A DNA stretch of 64,000 nt, taken from Ranitomeya imitator (Eukaryota). Below are positions 1 through 13,140 of the stretch, in pieces. Position 1 is the stretch's first letter; every line of letters begins with the position of its first letter. The notes under the pieces are model-generated. The model was not told the origin of the DNA, did not search any database, and saw nothing but the letters and a program-made list of their open reading frames with translations. Where the stretch lies: positions 129,394,001 to 129,458,000 of the forward strand of contig NC_091291.1 of NCBI RefSeq assembly GCF_032444005.1, in the 5' to 3' direction. The position numbers were made by a program, and so were the translations under genes.

Positions 1-1689
1 GTGCAGATGTCATGTCACTGCACTTTTATGCACGCATAAAAAGACAGACACCGCTGGATCATAGGCCAGACAACATCCACAGTGTCTCCATCTGCATCAT
101 TACATGGAATCTTCCGCCAGGGGTTCCGTATGAATCATGTATTTCAGAGATTTACACAAAGACCCCGGTGAGCAGGTAAGAGCTCAACATAGAGCGCAGG
201 ATAAATGCGAGTCCAGCCTTACTGTGATCTTTGGGACGCAGAATGAACAAATCAACAGCAGGTGAAGAATTGGTTTTATTTATTTTGCATGCCGTTTCTC
301 GTGCGGTATAAGTGATTAAACAACTTTATTCTTCGGTTCTGTGCGATTACAGCAATATCAGATAACCATTTTTTATGTTTGGCTGCTAACACACTAAAAT
401 ACTCTTTTTGCATCGCCATAGTTCGAGAGATACAATTTTTGTATATTTCTGCCGACAGTCACATGAGGGCTTGTTCTTTGCAGGACGAGTTGATCTTTTT
501 ATTAATACTATTTTTTGGTCACGCAACATCAGAGGGGTTAAACGTCTGCAATTGGTGCTAGCACTGACCATGGGCTTGACACTCACTTTTGATCACGTCG
601 GCAAATGTTGAGACAGTGTGCGATCATTACGACGTACATGTAAGGCGGATGTTGTGAAAGGGGTTAAAAGGATTTTTGGTTTTTTTTAGATGTATGCATT
701 TTGGGCTGAAATTCATTTTTTGCTAATTGTTTTTTATTAAAAATGTTGCACCGCTTACCTTTGCCATCAGTGTGGATACAGAAATAAATTACAAAGCTTC
801 TCCTATACTTTGCAATGTTAAAACACAGGCAGCATACAGATGCAATCTCTGTGTGGTCCGTGGTTTTCATGTACCCATACACTTGTATTGGCCCTTGTCA
901 TCCGTGCTGCCGGGAAAAAAAAAACAAAAAACAATATATCTGTGTGTTTTGCACGGAGACAGAGTCCAAGTAAAAACAAGGGTATGCGAGCAGCCCCATA
1001 TTTTATAATGGATACATATAGGATCTGTGAAAACACCTTTGTCACACGTACTGGAAACACGGACTTGTGAAGGAAGCCCTTTTCTGAGCTCTTCCTAGGT
1101 GATTTATGACTATGGACCACATCAAAGTTGAACGTGAAGAGAAACAAAGAGCAATACTGTCCAAAAATTTTTTAATAACACGCCAATTGCAAAAATGTTT
1201 TTTTTAGCCCCAAATACATGGATTTATGCAAAAAGTCAACCCCTTTACGTTTTTATAATCAATTTCTTGCCAAATATGTTGCATAAATGACTGATTACTA
1301 ATGAGCAAGAAACAAATGATTTCTCATGCTGTTGCTGGATTATTGGCCTCTAATAGTCAGGAGGTGAAGCCGACTCTCACCCCGACTAGCGTCAATCCGT
1401 CGCCCCGATATATTACGCATACATTGTACTCTAGGTTTACTTTCATCTACACAACTGGGATTACTCAGTGTAAACCTTTTCTACGCCCCCTCCCATGTTG
1501 TGTGCCATAATTCATTTAATGCTATTGACCACTCAGCTTGGGAAGAGCTTATACTGGTTGAGAACGTATTGATTTATGCACTATTACATGCTGTAAAAAG
1601 CTTATGGAACATGTTAAAGCGAGCAAGCAATGAAACCCAGAATAGTACGAGCAAAGTGCAGATGCTGCACTACTGACTAGCGCTGAAAG

Positions 1690-1881
1690 CAGGGCTGTGG
1701 AGTCGGTAAGCCAAACCTCCGACTCCGACATTTCCATGACACCGACTGACTCCACGACTCCGACCCCTAAGCCCTGACAGGGCTGTGGAGTCGGTAAGCC
1801 AAACATCCGACTGACATTTCCATGACTGACTCTGACTCCACCAAAATGGGCTCCGACTCAGACTCTGACTCAACAGCCCCG
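1690..1881. mobile_element. Two head-to-tail copies of a short hAT-type MITE (1690-1776 and 1778-1881)
   Basis: Both copies begin CAGGGCTGTGGAGTCGGTAAGCCAAAC and end in degenerate complementary ends (..AGCCCTG / ..ACAGCCCCG). The 8-bp flanks of the pair are GCTGAAAG and CCTGAAAT (6/8, a decayed TSD). Confidence 0.6.
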
Positions 1882-2554
1882 CCTGAAATGGAGCAGAATT
1901 AGTGAGGGGTAGGTTCTGCGCCTTAATGCAGGTGTAGGCATTTTGGCCCTCTAAAACGGGCTCTGGAGAGCATGTGGCATCTGTGCTGGTTGGTATCCGG
2001 CCCCGTGCGGCATGTCGCCTCTAAATCACACTTTTATGGCATGTTTTGAGACAATTTTTATTTTTGATATGTGATCCAATTCACTCTCCTCAAGCAGTAG
2101 AAAGAAAGGATGTACGGAACAATAGATAATCCAATGAGTCACCCGCCTGGAAGGAAATGGTTAAAACCAATGCTGAACCCAAACAAGAGGGAAATATGAT
2201 GACTACCACTATCTATAGGTGGTCTACACCAGTGTTTTTCAACCAGTGTGCCGCGGGGAACGGAAGTCAGCTGTTCTCTGTGCCGACTGTCAAGCTGACA
2301 GCCGGCACAGAGAAGCTGCAGCGCGCCGGCTCCCGGAGATCAATTGTACTCGCAGACATCTACCAGCTGCGAGTACAATTGAGGCTCTGACCGCTGGGTC
2401 AGAGCGACGCCAGCAGCGTGATCAAGTCATGTGACCACGCTGCTGACGTCACTATCCGGCGCGCAGGAGAAAGAAGACACTTGGTGGTAAGTGCTCCTGT
2501 GCTGTGGAGCTGAAGACACCGAAGATTCAGCGTGGGGCGGGTTTATGGGGAGTA

Positions 2555-4245
2555 TGTGGGGGGATTTATTAAGTGTGTGGGGGGATTTATTGTGTGTGGG
2601 GGGGATTTATTCAGTGTGTGGGGGGATTTATTCAGTGTGTGTGGGGGATTTATTCAGTGTGTGTGGGGGGATTTATTCAGTGTGGGTGGGGGGATTTATT
2701 CAGTGTGTGTGGGGGGATTTATTCAGTGTGTGTGGGGGGATTTATTCAGTGTGTGTGGGGGGATTTATTCAGTGTGTGGGGGGGGATTTATTCAGTGTGT
2801 GGGGGGATTTATTCAGTGTGGGGGGATTTATTCAGTGTGGGGGGATTTATTCAGTGTGGGGGGGATTTATTCAGTGTGTGGGGGGATTTATTCAGTGTGT
2901 GGGGGGATTTATTCAGTGTGTGGGGGGATTTATTCAGTGTGTGTGGGGGGATTTATTCAGTGTGTGGGGGGATTTATTCAGTGTGTGGGGGGATTTATTC
3001 AGTGTGTGGGGGGATTTATTCAGTGTGTGGGGGGATTTATTCAGTGTGTGGGGGATTTATTCAGTATGGGGGGGATTTATTCAGTGTGGGGGGGGATTTA
3101 TTCAGTGTGGGGGGGGATTTATTCAGTGTGTGGGGGGATTTATTCAGTGTGTGGGTGGATTTATTCAGTGTGTGTGGGGGGATTTATTCAGTGTGTGTGG
3201 GGGGATTTATTCAGTGTGGGGGGGGATTTATTGTGTGTGGGGGGGATTTATTCAGTGTGTGGGGGGATTTATTCAGTGTGTGTGGGGGGATTTATTCAGT
3301 GTGTGTGGGGGGATTTATTCAGTGTGGGTGGGGGGATTTATTCAGTGTGTGTGGGGGGATTTATTCAGTGTGTGTGGGGGGATTTATTCAGTGTGTGTGG
3401 GGGGATTTATTCAGTGTGTGGGGGGGGATTTATTCAGTGTGTGGGGGGATTTATTCAGTGTGGGGGGATTTATTCAGTGTGGGGGGATTTATTCAGTGTG
3501 GGGGGGATTTATTCAGTGTGTGGGGGGATTTATTCAGTGTGTGGGGGGATTTATTCAGTGTGTGTGGGGGGATTTATTCAGTGTGTGGGGGGATTTATTC
3601 AGTGTGTGGGGGGATTTATTCAGTGTGTGGGGGGATTTATTCAGTGTGTGGGGGGATTTATTCAGTGTGTGGGGGGATTTATTCAGTGTGTGGGGGGATT
3701 TATTCAGTGTGTGGGGGGATTTATTCAGTGTGTGGGGGGATTTATTCAGTGTGTGGGGGGATTTATTCAGTGTGGGGGGGGATTTATTCAGTGTGGGGGG
3801 GATTTATTCAGTGTGTGGGGGGATTTATTCAGTGTGTGGGGGATTTATTCAGTATGGGGGGGATTTATTCAGTGTGGGGGGGGATTTATTCAGTGTGGGG
3901 GGGGATTTATTCAGTGTGTGGGGGGATTTATTCAGTGTGTGGGTGGATTTATTCAGTGTGTGTGGGGGGATTTATTCAGTGTGTGTGGGGGGATTTATTC
4001 AGTGTGGGGGGGATTTATTCAGTGTGTGGGGGGGATTTATTCAGTGTGTGGGGGGAATTTATTCAGTGTGTGGGGGGGATTTATTCAGTGTGTGGGGGGG
4101 GATTTATTCAGTGTGTGGGGGGGATTTATTCAGTGTGTGGGGGGGATTTATTCAGTGTGGGGGGGATTTATTCAGTGTGGGGGGGATTTATTCAGTGTGT
4201 GGGGGGGGATTTATTCTGTGTGTGGGGGGGATTTATTCAGTGTGT
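2555..4245. repeat. G-rich minisatellite, unit ~19-24 bp (GGGGGATTTATTCAGTGTGT), inside the hAT element
   Basis: Directly visible tandem array with variable G-run and GT-run lengths, roughly 80 units. It explains the three overlapping 580-660 aa ORFs. Confidence 0.95.
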
Positions 4246-5116
4246 ACGTGGGGGGGGGGCTGGAATTTATTTAGCATGTGTGGGGCAGGGTGCATTTATT
4301 CTGTGGAAGGGGATGGATTTATTCTATCGGAAGGGCAGTGGATATATTCTGTGGGGGTGAGTGGGGAGATGGGGGTGGACACAGTAGCGAGGGGAAAAAT
4401 GTGTGCTGACAATACTGGGAGCAACGGTGATGGGATGTGTGAGGACAGTATGGGGAGTCGGGGGAATGTGTGAGGGGGGAATGTGTGAGAAGGAAATATG
4501 GAGAGAGCAAAGGGGTATGTTAGCAGGGGGGATGTACATGAGGAGGCTATTAGAAATGTGTGCAGACAGTATGGGGGGATGAAAGTGTGAGTGGACACAT
4601 AATAGATACTGAGTAGTGTGAGGGTAACAGCCAGGAGGAGACAGTATGCCAAGTAGGAGGAGTGTAATGAAGGGTCACAGTAGAGAGACTGGGCTCTCTA
4701 TGAGGGACACCGTATGAGAAGGCAGTGTGAAGTATGGAAAAGAGAGAGAGGGTAGTGTGGATGGCATGTACCATAAGAGAGACAGTGAGGGTCATATTAT
4801 GTGCTGGGAATAAAGTGAGGGGCAATTATTTACTCAGGGGCTCAGCCTAGGGCAGATATTGTTATTCCGGAGCATTATAATAACACTGCTATCTTTAAGG
4901 GTGTTGTGTCGGGATGTGCTGCAGAAGACAGGAGAAGATGGAAGTCTGCAGAAACGAGCTCTGCCGGTGGATGAGAAGAGTCATCATGGCATCTGGACAA
5001 GGTGAAGATGAAAAGAAAGAGGCGACTCCACAAACAACGTCATCTATCAGGTACCTGGATGTAAATGTGTTTTTTTTGTGATACTAATTCTCATTTTTAT
5101 TTGTTAGGAACATTAA

Positions 5117-5475
5117 AGGGGATGTCCAAGGTTGTGATGAGTCTGCAGTCATACTATGTGACTGCAGACTTCTGAATTCTCACAGTGCACACTGCTATCA
5201 TAATTTTCTGATGTTGGTGATTTACATACATGCGGTCACGTGCTGACTAGACATGTGTGGCCTCATTCAATGAAAATGAGTTGACTGAGGCCGGACACGT
5301 CTAGTTAGAATGTGACCAGAAGTATCCAAATCACATACTTGTGCTGTCATGACCGTCCACTCTGGCCACCGGCAAGGGAGAATCCTGAAAGTGTGCAGTG
5401 CTTGCGCTGTGAGAATTCAGAAGCCTGCAGTCACATAGAATGACTGCGGACTTTCATCTCAAACCTGGACGCACC
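5117..5475. mobile_element. T2/Kolobok-type MITE nested inside the hAT element
   Basis: Starts TTAA|AGGGGATGTCCAAGGTTG. Internal inverted segments CTGCAGTCATACTATGTGACTGCAG / CTGCAGTCACATAGAATGACTGC. The right end (AAACCTGGAC..) is degenerate. Confidence 0.5.
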
Positions 5476-5909
5476 ATTTTGTGCCATTTTGGTTGGTGGT
5501 GTGCCTCGGGATTTTTTAAGTATAAAAAGTGTGCCGCGGCTCAAAAAAGGTTGAAAAACACTGGTCTACACCATGGAGCCCCCGGCAGCTATTGTTAATC
5601 CTCAGGAGTTGTAGTTTCACGTCCATTTTTACCACCAGACACGTTACATTCACATGGGAAGAACGCTAATCGGAGTTTGCTTTCAGCTCAGTAAAACATG
5701 TTATTAGCAGCGAGAGCTGATGCATCGTTTCCAGGAGCCACAAGGCAAAGAAGAAAAAAAACGTGTAATACTAGTCCGAATAATCGTACAGCTGGATCAA
5801 GTAACGCTCCATGTTCTCCCTGCCAAGCACCTAGCTGGCCACAATACAATGAGCGCTCGTGTGCCCTGAGCTCCAGAGAAACGTCTATTAATCAGGCTTC
5901 CGGTCACAC

Positions 5910-7322
5910 AACTCCACTGAAACTGCCCTAACTAAGGTCACCAATGACCTATTAACCGCCAAGAGCAAGCGACACTTCTCTATCCTCCTCCTGGACCTGT
6001 CCTCTGCCTTTGACACAGTGGACCATTCCCTATTATTACAGACCCTCTCATCCCTTGGCATCACAGACTTGGCCCTATCCTGGATCTCATCATACCTAAC
6101 TGACCGAACATTCAGCGTCTCCCACTCACACACCAACTCCTCACCTCGCCCCCTATCTGTCTGAGTCCCGCAAGGTTCAGTTCTAGGACCCCTGCTCTTC
6201 TCCATTTACACTTTTGGCCTGGGACAGCTCATAGAATCTCACGGCTTTCAGTATCATCTCTATGCTGATGACACACAGATCTACATCTCTGGACCAGATA
6301 TCACCACCCTACTAACCAGAATCCCTCAATGTCTGTCCACTATTTCATCCTTCTCCGCTAGATTTCTGAAACTTAACATGGACAAAACAGAATTCATTGT
6401 CTTTCCCCCATCTCACGCGACCCCCCCAATGAACCTATCCATTACAGTAAACGGCTGCCCACTCTCCCCAGTTCCACAAGCCCGCTGTCTTGGGGTAATC
6501 CTTGACACTGATCTCTCCTTCAAACCGCATATCCAAGCCCTTTTCACTTCCTGCCGCCTTCAACTGAAAAATATTTCACGGATCAGTACATTCCTAAATC
6601 AAGAATCTGCAAAAACCCTAGTCCATGCCCTCATCATCTCCCACCTCGACTACTGTAACCTCCTAATCTGTGGCCTCCCCTCTAACACTCTCACACCCCT
6701 CCAATCTATTCTAAACTCTGCTGCCCGACTAATCCACCTGTCCCCCCGCTATTCCCCGGCCTCTCCCCTCTGTCAATCCCTTTACTGGGTCCCCATTACC
6801 CAGAGACTCCAGTACAAAAGCCTAACCATGACATACAAAGCCATCCACAACCTGTCTCCTCCATACATCTGTGACTTCGTCTCCCGGTACTTACCTACAC
6901 GCAACCTCTGATCCTCACAAGATCTCCTTCTCTACTCCCCTCTTATCTCCTCTTCCCACAATCGTATACAAGATTTCTCTCGCGCATCACCCCTACTCTG
7001 GAACCCTCTACCGCAACATATCAGACTCTCACCTACGATCGAAACCTTCAAAAAGAACCTGAAGACCCACCTCTTCCGACAAGCCTACAAACCTGCAGTA
7101 GCCACCAATCGACCAAACCACTGCCAGCTCTACCCTCACCTACTGTATCCTCACCCATCCCTTGTAGACTGTGAGCCCTCGCGGGCAGGGTCCTCTCTCC
7201 TCCTGGACCAGTTATGACTTGAATTGTTCAAGATTATTGTACCTGTTTTTATTATGTATACCCCTCCTCTCATGTAAAGCGCCATGGAATAAATGGCGCT
7301 ATAACAATAAATAATAATAATA
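5910..7322 (+). mobile_element. 5'-truncated L2-clade LINE: reverse transcriptase 3' half plus 3' UTR, decayed
   Basis: RT motifs readable in frame: [13 protein letters not shown] (~5916), [13 protein letters not shown] (~6160) and YADDTQIY (6261). ORF 6378-6911 carries the L2-type C-terminus ([20 protein letters not shown]). It ends in AATAAA(TAA)n and has premature stops. Confidence 0.9.
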
Positions 7323-7719
7323 GCATTAAAAATAAAATACTAATATTGGAGGCAAAGTCAAACGGAATATTTAAATTTTTTTTTTACATATGCTTGAGTG
7401 AAGAAAGTGGATTCTGAATGAGTTGGCACAGTATACAATGCCAGGACCCCTACGTGTGAGGCATGGGCACCATACAATGTTTGCAGATCAAGAAATAAAG
7501 TTGGTGAACCCCATAGGAAGCAGTACCCCCTACTTTCATTAAGAGGAGCTTAAATGCCCCTCTACACACAGACAGCATAACCGATCCAAAAAGGGGAAGA
7601 CCAGTTTGCTAGTGAAATACATGATGGTACTAATAAAACCTGAAAGGTAAACCAAGGTGATCGAATAAGTCTCCTCCCATGGATCTCAGTAATGTACTGT
7701 AACTTGCTATAGCACAACT

Positions 7720-8318
7720 TAGTAACATAGTAACATAGTTAGTAAGGCCGAAAAAAGACATTTGTCCATCCAGTTCAGCCTATATTCCATCATAATAAAT
7801 CCCCAGATCTACGTCCTTCTACAGAACCTAATAATTGTATGATACAATATTGTTCTGCTCCAGGAAGACATCCAGGCCTCTCTTGAACCCCTCGACTGAG
7901 TTCGCCATCACCACCTCCTCAGGCAAGCAATTCCAGATTCTCACTGCCCTAACAGTAAAGAATCCTCTTCTATGTTGGTGGAAAAACCTTCTCTTCTCCA
8001 GACGCAAAGAATGCCCCCTTGTGCCCGTCACCTTCCTTGGTATAAACAGATCCTCAGCGAGATATTTGTATTGTCCCCTTATATACTTATACATGGTTAT
8101 TAGATCGCCCCTCAGTCGTCTTTTTTCTAGACTAAATAATCCTAATTTCGCTAATCTATCTGGGTATTGTAGTTCTCCCATCCCCTTTATTAATTTTGTT
8201 GCCCTCCTTTGTACTCTCTCTAGTTCCATTATATCCTTCCTGAGCACCGGTGCCCAAAACTGGACACAGTACTCCATGTGCGGTCTAACTAGGGATTTGT
8301 ACAGAGGCAGTATAATGC
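7720..8318 (-). mobile_element. 5'-truncated CR1 LINE 3' end
   Basis: ORF 7828-8277 (EYCVQFWAP..LERVQRRATKLIKG..LGLFSLEKRRLRGDLI..RGHSLRL..FFTVRAVRIWN.LP) is the canonical CR1 ORF2 C-terminus. An 8-bp tandem tail (TATGTTAC)n lies on the minus strand at ~7720-7740. Confidence 0.92.
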
Positions 8319-9964
8319 CTTTAACTTTTTAAGAGCTGTTAAAAAAAATCCAAAGAGTTAAACTGCATGCAAGTTGCGGGAGACTTACATTGAAGTCTAT
8401 GACAATCGAACACATTTAAGAATATTTGCAATTGTCTTAGTTGCCAATGCAACACCGTAGGAAGTAATTAGATGCACTGTCAATGCAAATGCTTGCCAGG
8501 TAGCCTGGGGCTTAAGGGCATGTTCACACAGTATGTTTTCTGTGGAATCACACTTCCAAGTTGCCTCCTATTGTTTCCAGTGGGAAATCTGTGCTGCCTT
8601 TCATACAGTCGTTGATTTTTCCGCTGTGAAAATGAAAAGTGACGTCACCAGTGGAAATGTTTTCCCCAGCGGACAGACACTCAAGCTGCAAATCCATTCA
8701 ATATACCCCAAGACTTTCAGTCATTTATTGGTTACAGTCCTCAATCCAACAGCGGTCACCCTAGCAGGATATTATCCCCAGAGCCCCAAGTTACCGGCTG
8801 GAGCCATGACACGGACGGCTCATTCACACGTTTACCTGAAGCTCGCTGAATTCGTCAAATATTAAACCAGCTCCGGTCACGAGGGCGCACCAAACCTAAA
8901 GGTAAACGCTCATGTTATACAACGGGTGCACTTAACCACTGATCCAAGCGCAGAACGCTGCTTACTATCTCACACGAGTTGGCACGCCGTGCACTTTTAT
9001 TGGCCATGACGCCAAATATTTATCCAGAGCAGAAAACACACTGTACTACCCCGGCCTGATCACAGGGAACACAAAACTCAGGAATTTGGACGCACAGGCT
9101 TTTTTTATAGGGATTGTCTAAATATTATTAAAAAAATAGGCGAACGCAGCGAGCGTGCGAGATCTGGAAACGCTCTGCATACACGAGTGCAAGGAAAATG
9201 TTGCAGCCTTAATTCCTGTAAAATGGGTAAGTTACTAAAAGGGGTGAAAAAAGAAAGAAAAAAAATCATGCACACAGTGGTGATTTACGAGACGATCCAG
9301 AGGGGTTTAAACAATTTATGACTGTCACCCGCCATCAGCCCCGGACCCGCTTCCTTCTTTCCAGCTAGGAAGGATGTGATAAATATGGACAGGCTGGATT
9401 TCTAATACACCCCCTCGAAATCTCCAGAAACACATGCGGTGGGTGAACCGCCAGGCAGACATTACACTGTGCTGTGAATGAGTGAAGCCACATGTGCTCT
9501 GCAGGGCAGGAGGGGGACTGGGAGCTGGTTCTCAGCAAATAGAAAGTGGTCAGGCCTGTCTGTCCCTGCAGCCCAGAACATGGCTGGAGTAAACATTACA
9601 CCAGCACTGCTCCAATTATACATGAAAGGCATTCCAGGATCCACTCCTGCCCCTCAGCAGAGGGTATGAGAGGACAGCACTCCAGCGCCAAGCCCAAAGC
9701 TCTGCGCTCACACGAGGCCTGGCACAGACACCTTCCAAATGCCACTCCTGGCAGCTGCCCATTGTTACTAACGGCCCTGTGTGCCCGCTTACAGACAAGG
9801 GATACAGGGTCCGAGGCGGGAGCCGGCATCATGGCAGATTCAGAGAAGAACCTGGAGCCACTAAGGACAAAGCAAACCGCAGCTCCACCACATACATGGC
9901 AGTGTGTCTGGAGGTAGGGATACAGCAGGGACCAGAAGACCAAGACCAAAACATGGGACAGTAG

Positions 9965-11900
9965 AGGCCTGCGCGGGTCCTAATAATCAGAGGCAAGACC
10001 CCAATCATTGAGGCCTGCGCGGGTCCACATAACCAGAGGCGAGTCCCCAATCATCGAGGACTGTGCGGGTCCTAATAACCAGAGGCGAGACCCTTATCAT
10101 CGAGGACTGTGCGGGTCCTAATAACCAAAGGCGAGAACCCAAGCATCGAGGCCTGCGCGGGTTCTAAGACCAGAGGCGAGACCACAATCATCGAGGCCTG
10201 CGCGGGTGCTAATAACCAGAGGCGAGACCCCAAGCATCGAGGCCTGCGCGGGTGCTAATAACCAGAGGCGAGACCCCAAGCATCGAGGCCTGCGCGGGTT
10301 CTAAGACCAGAGGCGAGACCACAATCATCGAGGCCTGCGCAGGTGCTAATAACCAGAGGTGAGACCCCAAGCATCGAGGCCTGCACAGGTGCTAATAACC
10401 AGAGGTGAGACCCCAAGCATCGAGGCCTGCGCGGGTCCTAAGACCAGAGGCGAGACCCCAATCATCGAGGCCTGCGCGGGTGCTAATAACCAGAGGCGAG
10501 ACCCCAAGCATCGAGGCCTGCGTGGGTCCTAATAACCAGAGGCGAGAACCCAAGCATCGAGGCCTGCGCGGGTCCAAATAACCAGAGGCGAGACCCCAAT
10601 CATCGAGGACTGCGCGGGTCCAAATAACCAGAGGCGAGACCCCAATCATCGAGGACTGTGCGGGTCCTAATAACCAGAGGCGAGAACCCAAGCATTGAGG
10701 CCTGCGCAGGTCCAAATAACCAGAGGCGAGACCCCAATCATCGAAGACTGTGCGGGTCCTAATAACCAGAGTCGAGAACCCAAGCATTGAGGCCTGCGCG
10801 GGTCCAAATAACCAGAGGCGAGACCCCAATCATCGAGGCCTGCGCGGGTCCAAATAACCAGAGGCGAGACCCCAATCATCGAGGCCTGTGCAAGTCCTAA
10901 TAACCAGAGGCGAGAACCCAAGCATCGAGGCCTGCGCGGGTCCAAATAACCAGAGGCGAGACCCCAATCATCGAGGACTGTGCGGGTCCTAATAACCAGA
11001 GGCGAGAACCCAAGCATCGAGGCCTGCGTGGGTCCAAATAACCAGAGGCGAGACCCCAATCATCGAGGCCTGCGCGGGTCCTAATAACCAGAGGTGAGAC
11101 CCCAAGCATCGAGGCCTGCGCGGGTCCTAAGACCAGAGGCGAGACCCCAATCATCGAGGCCTGCGCGGGTGCTAATAACCAGAGGCGAGACCCCAAGCAT
11201 CGAGGCCTGCGTGGGTCCTAATAACCAGAGGCGAGAACCCAAGCATCGAGGCCTGCGCGGGTCCAAATAACCAGAGGCGAGACCCCAATCATCGAGGCCT
11301 GCACGGGTCCTAATAACCAGAGGCGAAAAACCCAAGCATCGAGGCCTGCGCGGGTCCAAATAACCAGAGGCGAGACCCCAATCATCGAGGCCTGCACGGG
11401 TCCTAATAATCAGAGGCGAAAAACTCAAGCATCGAAGCCTGCGCGGGTCCTAATAACCAGAGGCGAGACCCCAAGCATCGAGGCCTGCACAGGTGCTAAT
11501 AACCAGAGGCGAGACCCCAATCATCGAGGCCTGCGCAGGTGCTAATAACCAGAGGTGAGACCCCCCAAGCATCGAGGCCTGTGCAGGTCCTAATAACCAG
11601 AGGCGCGAGTCTTCACTCATCAAGGCCTAATTAGGTCTCATTAACCAGAGACGAGGCCACCGCTTATCGAGGCTTGCGCAGGTCCTATCAACTAGAGCGG
11701 AGACAACCACTCTGAGGCCTGAGAGGGTCCTATTAACTAAAACAAAGCCCACCACTCATTGAGGCCTGTGGGGGTCCTATTAACTAGAGCTGACACCACC
11801 AGTCATCAAGGCCTGAGTGGGGCCTATTAACTAAAGAGACCACCACTCATTGAGGCCTGTGGGGGTCCTACTAAGGAGAGTATCGACCACTCACTCATTG
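9965..11900. repeat. CpG-rich 46-bp minisatellite (TAATAACCAGAGGCGAGACCCCAAKCATCGAGGCCTGCGCGGGTCC)
   Basis: Directly visible array of about 35-40 units. Homogeneous to ~11600, then progressively diverged units to ~11900. Confidence 0.95.
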
Positions 11901-12029
11901 AGGCCTGAGTGGACCATGAGTGGTGATCTTGGATCTAGGCAGTAGGACCCCATCAGCTAGATCCAAGACCACCACTCTTCTAGCCAATACCATACATGGG
12001 GGGCGCCTGTACATGTCCTGAGATGCCTT

Positions 12030-12760
12030 GCAGGATGGCAATGATTATAGTGTTGTGCACTGGTATAGTCTATGCCCACAGCCTGAGGGGCTGCACCCCA
12101 GGTCTTCTGCTGCTAGACCCTGGCACAGTGGGTTATTGGCGCAGACGCCCGCAGCCCAAATTGGAGAACTCGTGAATCTGCACTTTAAAAGCCAGAACCC
12201 CACGAGACCAATAACCTCCACCACCTCTGGCCAACATGTGCCCCCCATGCCCACAGGCTGGGCACACAATGGGCAGTGTGGTGGGCTCTGGACTCCCCAG
12301 GAGGAGGGGGCCACCACTTGCCTGTGATCCGAGCCGCGGCCAGCTTGCGAAATCCCACGGAGTCCCGGAGCTGCGGTCACGGCCTGGCTGCTCCCCATGG
12401 ATGAGCGCTATAACGAGGTGGCTAGATCCCGGAGCGGAGCAGGCGGGGATCCGGGGCTCCTGCGGCTGCCCTTCCGCCTCCTGTCCCCACATGCACGGCG
12501 CTGCTCCGTCCTCCTCAGCTGTTCAGCAGACACATGCCTGATCCAGCGGACTCCGTACAGCAGACACCAGCGGCCGGGGGAGGGAGAGAGGGAGCGGACG
12601 GGATCGGCCCCTTCCAGCCTCCTGCTCCGCTCCAACCACAGGCAAGACCCGGACTGGATCCCGCCGGCGGCCGCCTCCTGGTGATACAAAGAGGCAGCAG
12701 AGGGATCGGTGCGTGAGGTCACCAGCAGGAGGCGCCAGTGCCGCCAATCATGGCGCTGCT
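12030..12760. other. GC/CpG-rich segment, probably repeat-derived, family not recognised
   Basis: Sharply higher GC and CpG content than the flanks, and adjacent to the 46-bp array. No termini, TSD or recognisable protein found. Confidence 0.3.
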
Positions 12761-13049
12761 CTCAATTTCCAACCGTCTGTGTTCAAATGAGAGAGCGAAT
12801 CTGATTGGTTGCTATGCTCCGGCTTATTCACTTAGCAACCCAACTTACAGAATCTTAAACGATTTTTCACGTTTTTTTGTAGTCAAAGAAGAGCACCAGA
12901 AATAAAACAAATTAAAAAAACTGAGTATTTTTTTGATAGCCACCTAAAAAAATGCTAAAATGAAGGGAAACTAGGTAATAGTGATGTCCCCACTTGGATA
13001 AACACACTAGCTTCCAAGGGAGGCTTTAGTCAAAATACAATTTATCAGG

Positions 13050-13076
13050 AAAAAAAAAATATATATATATATATAA

Positions 13077-13116
<40 letters not shown>

Positions 13117-13137
13117 TATATATATATATATATATCG
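13050..13137. repeat. A-run plus (TA)n microsatellite
   Basis: Directly visible. Confidence 0.9.
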
Positions 13138-13140
13138 CGC

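Larger units (their letters stand above)
2230..5563. mobile_element. Non-autonomous hAT (Charlie-like) DNA transposon, 3.3 kb
   Basis: Terminal inverted repeats CAGTGTTTTTCAACC ... GGTTGAAAAACACTG. Perfect 8-bp TSD GTCTACAC at 2222-2229 and 5564-5571; an 8-bp TSD is diagnostic of hAT. No transposase ORF is visible. Confidence 0.9.

Noticed and set aside
2491-4473. Three overlapping Gly-rich ORFs of 580-660 aa
   Set aside because: All three frames are open because the G-rich repeat unit has no stop. The array lies inside a transposon.
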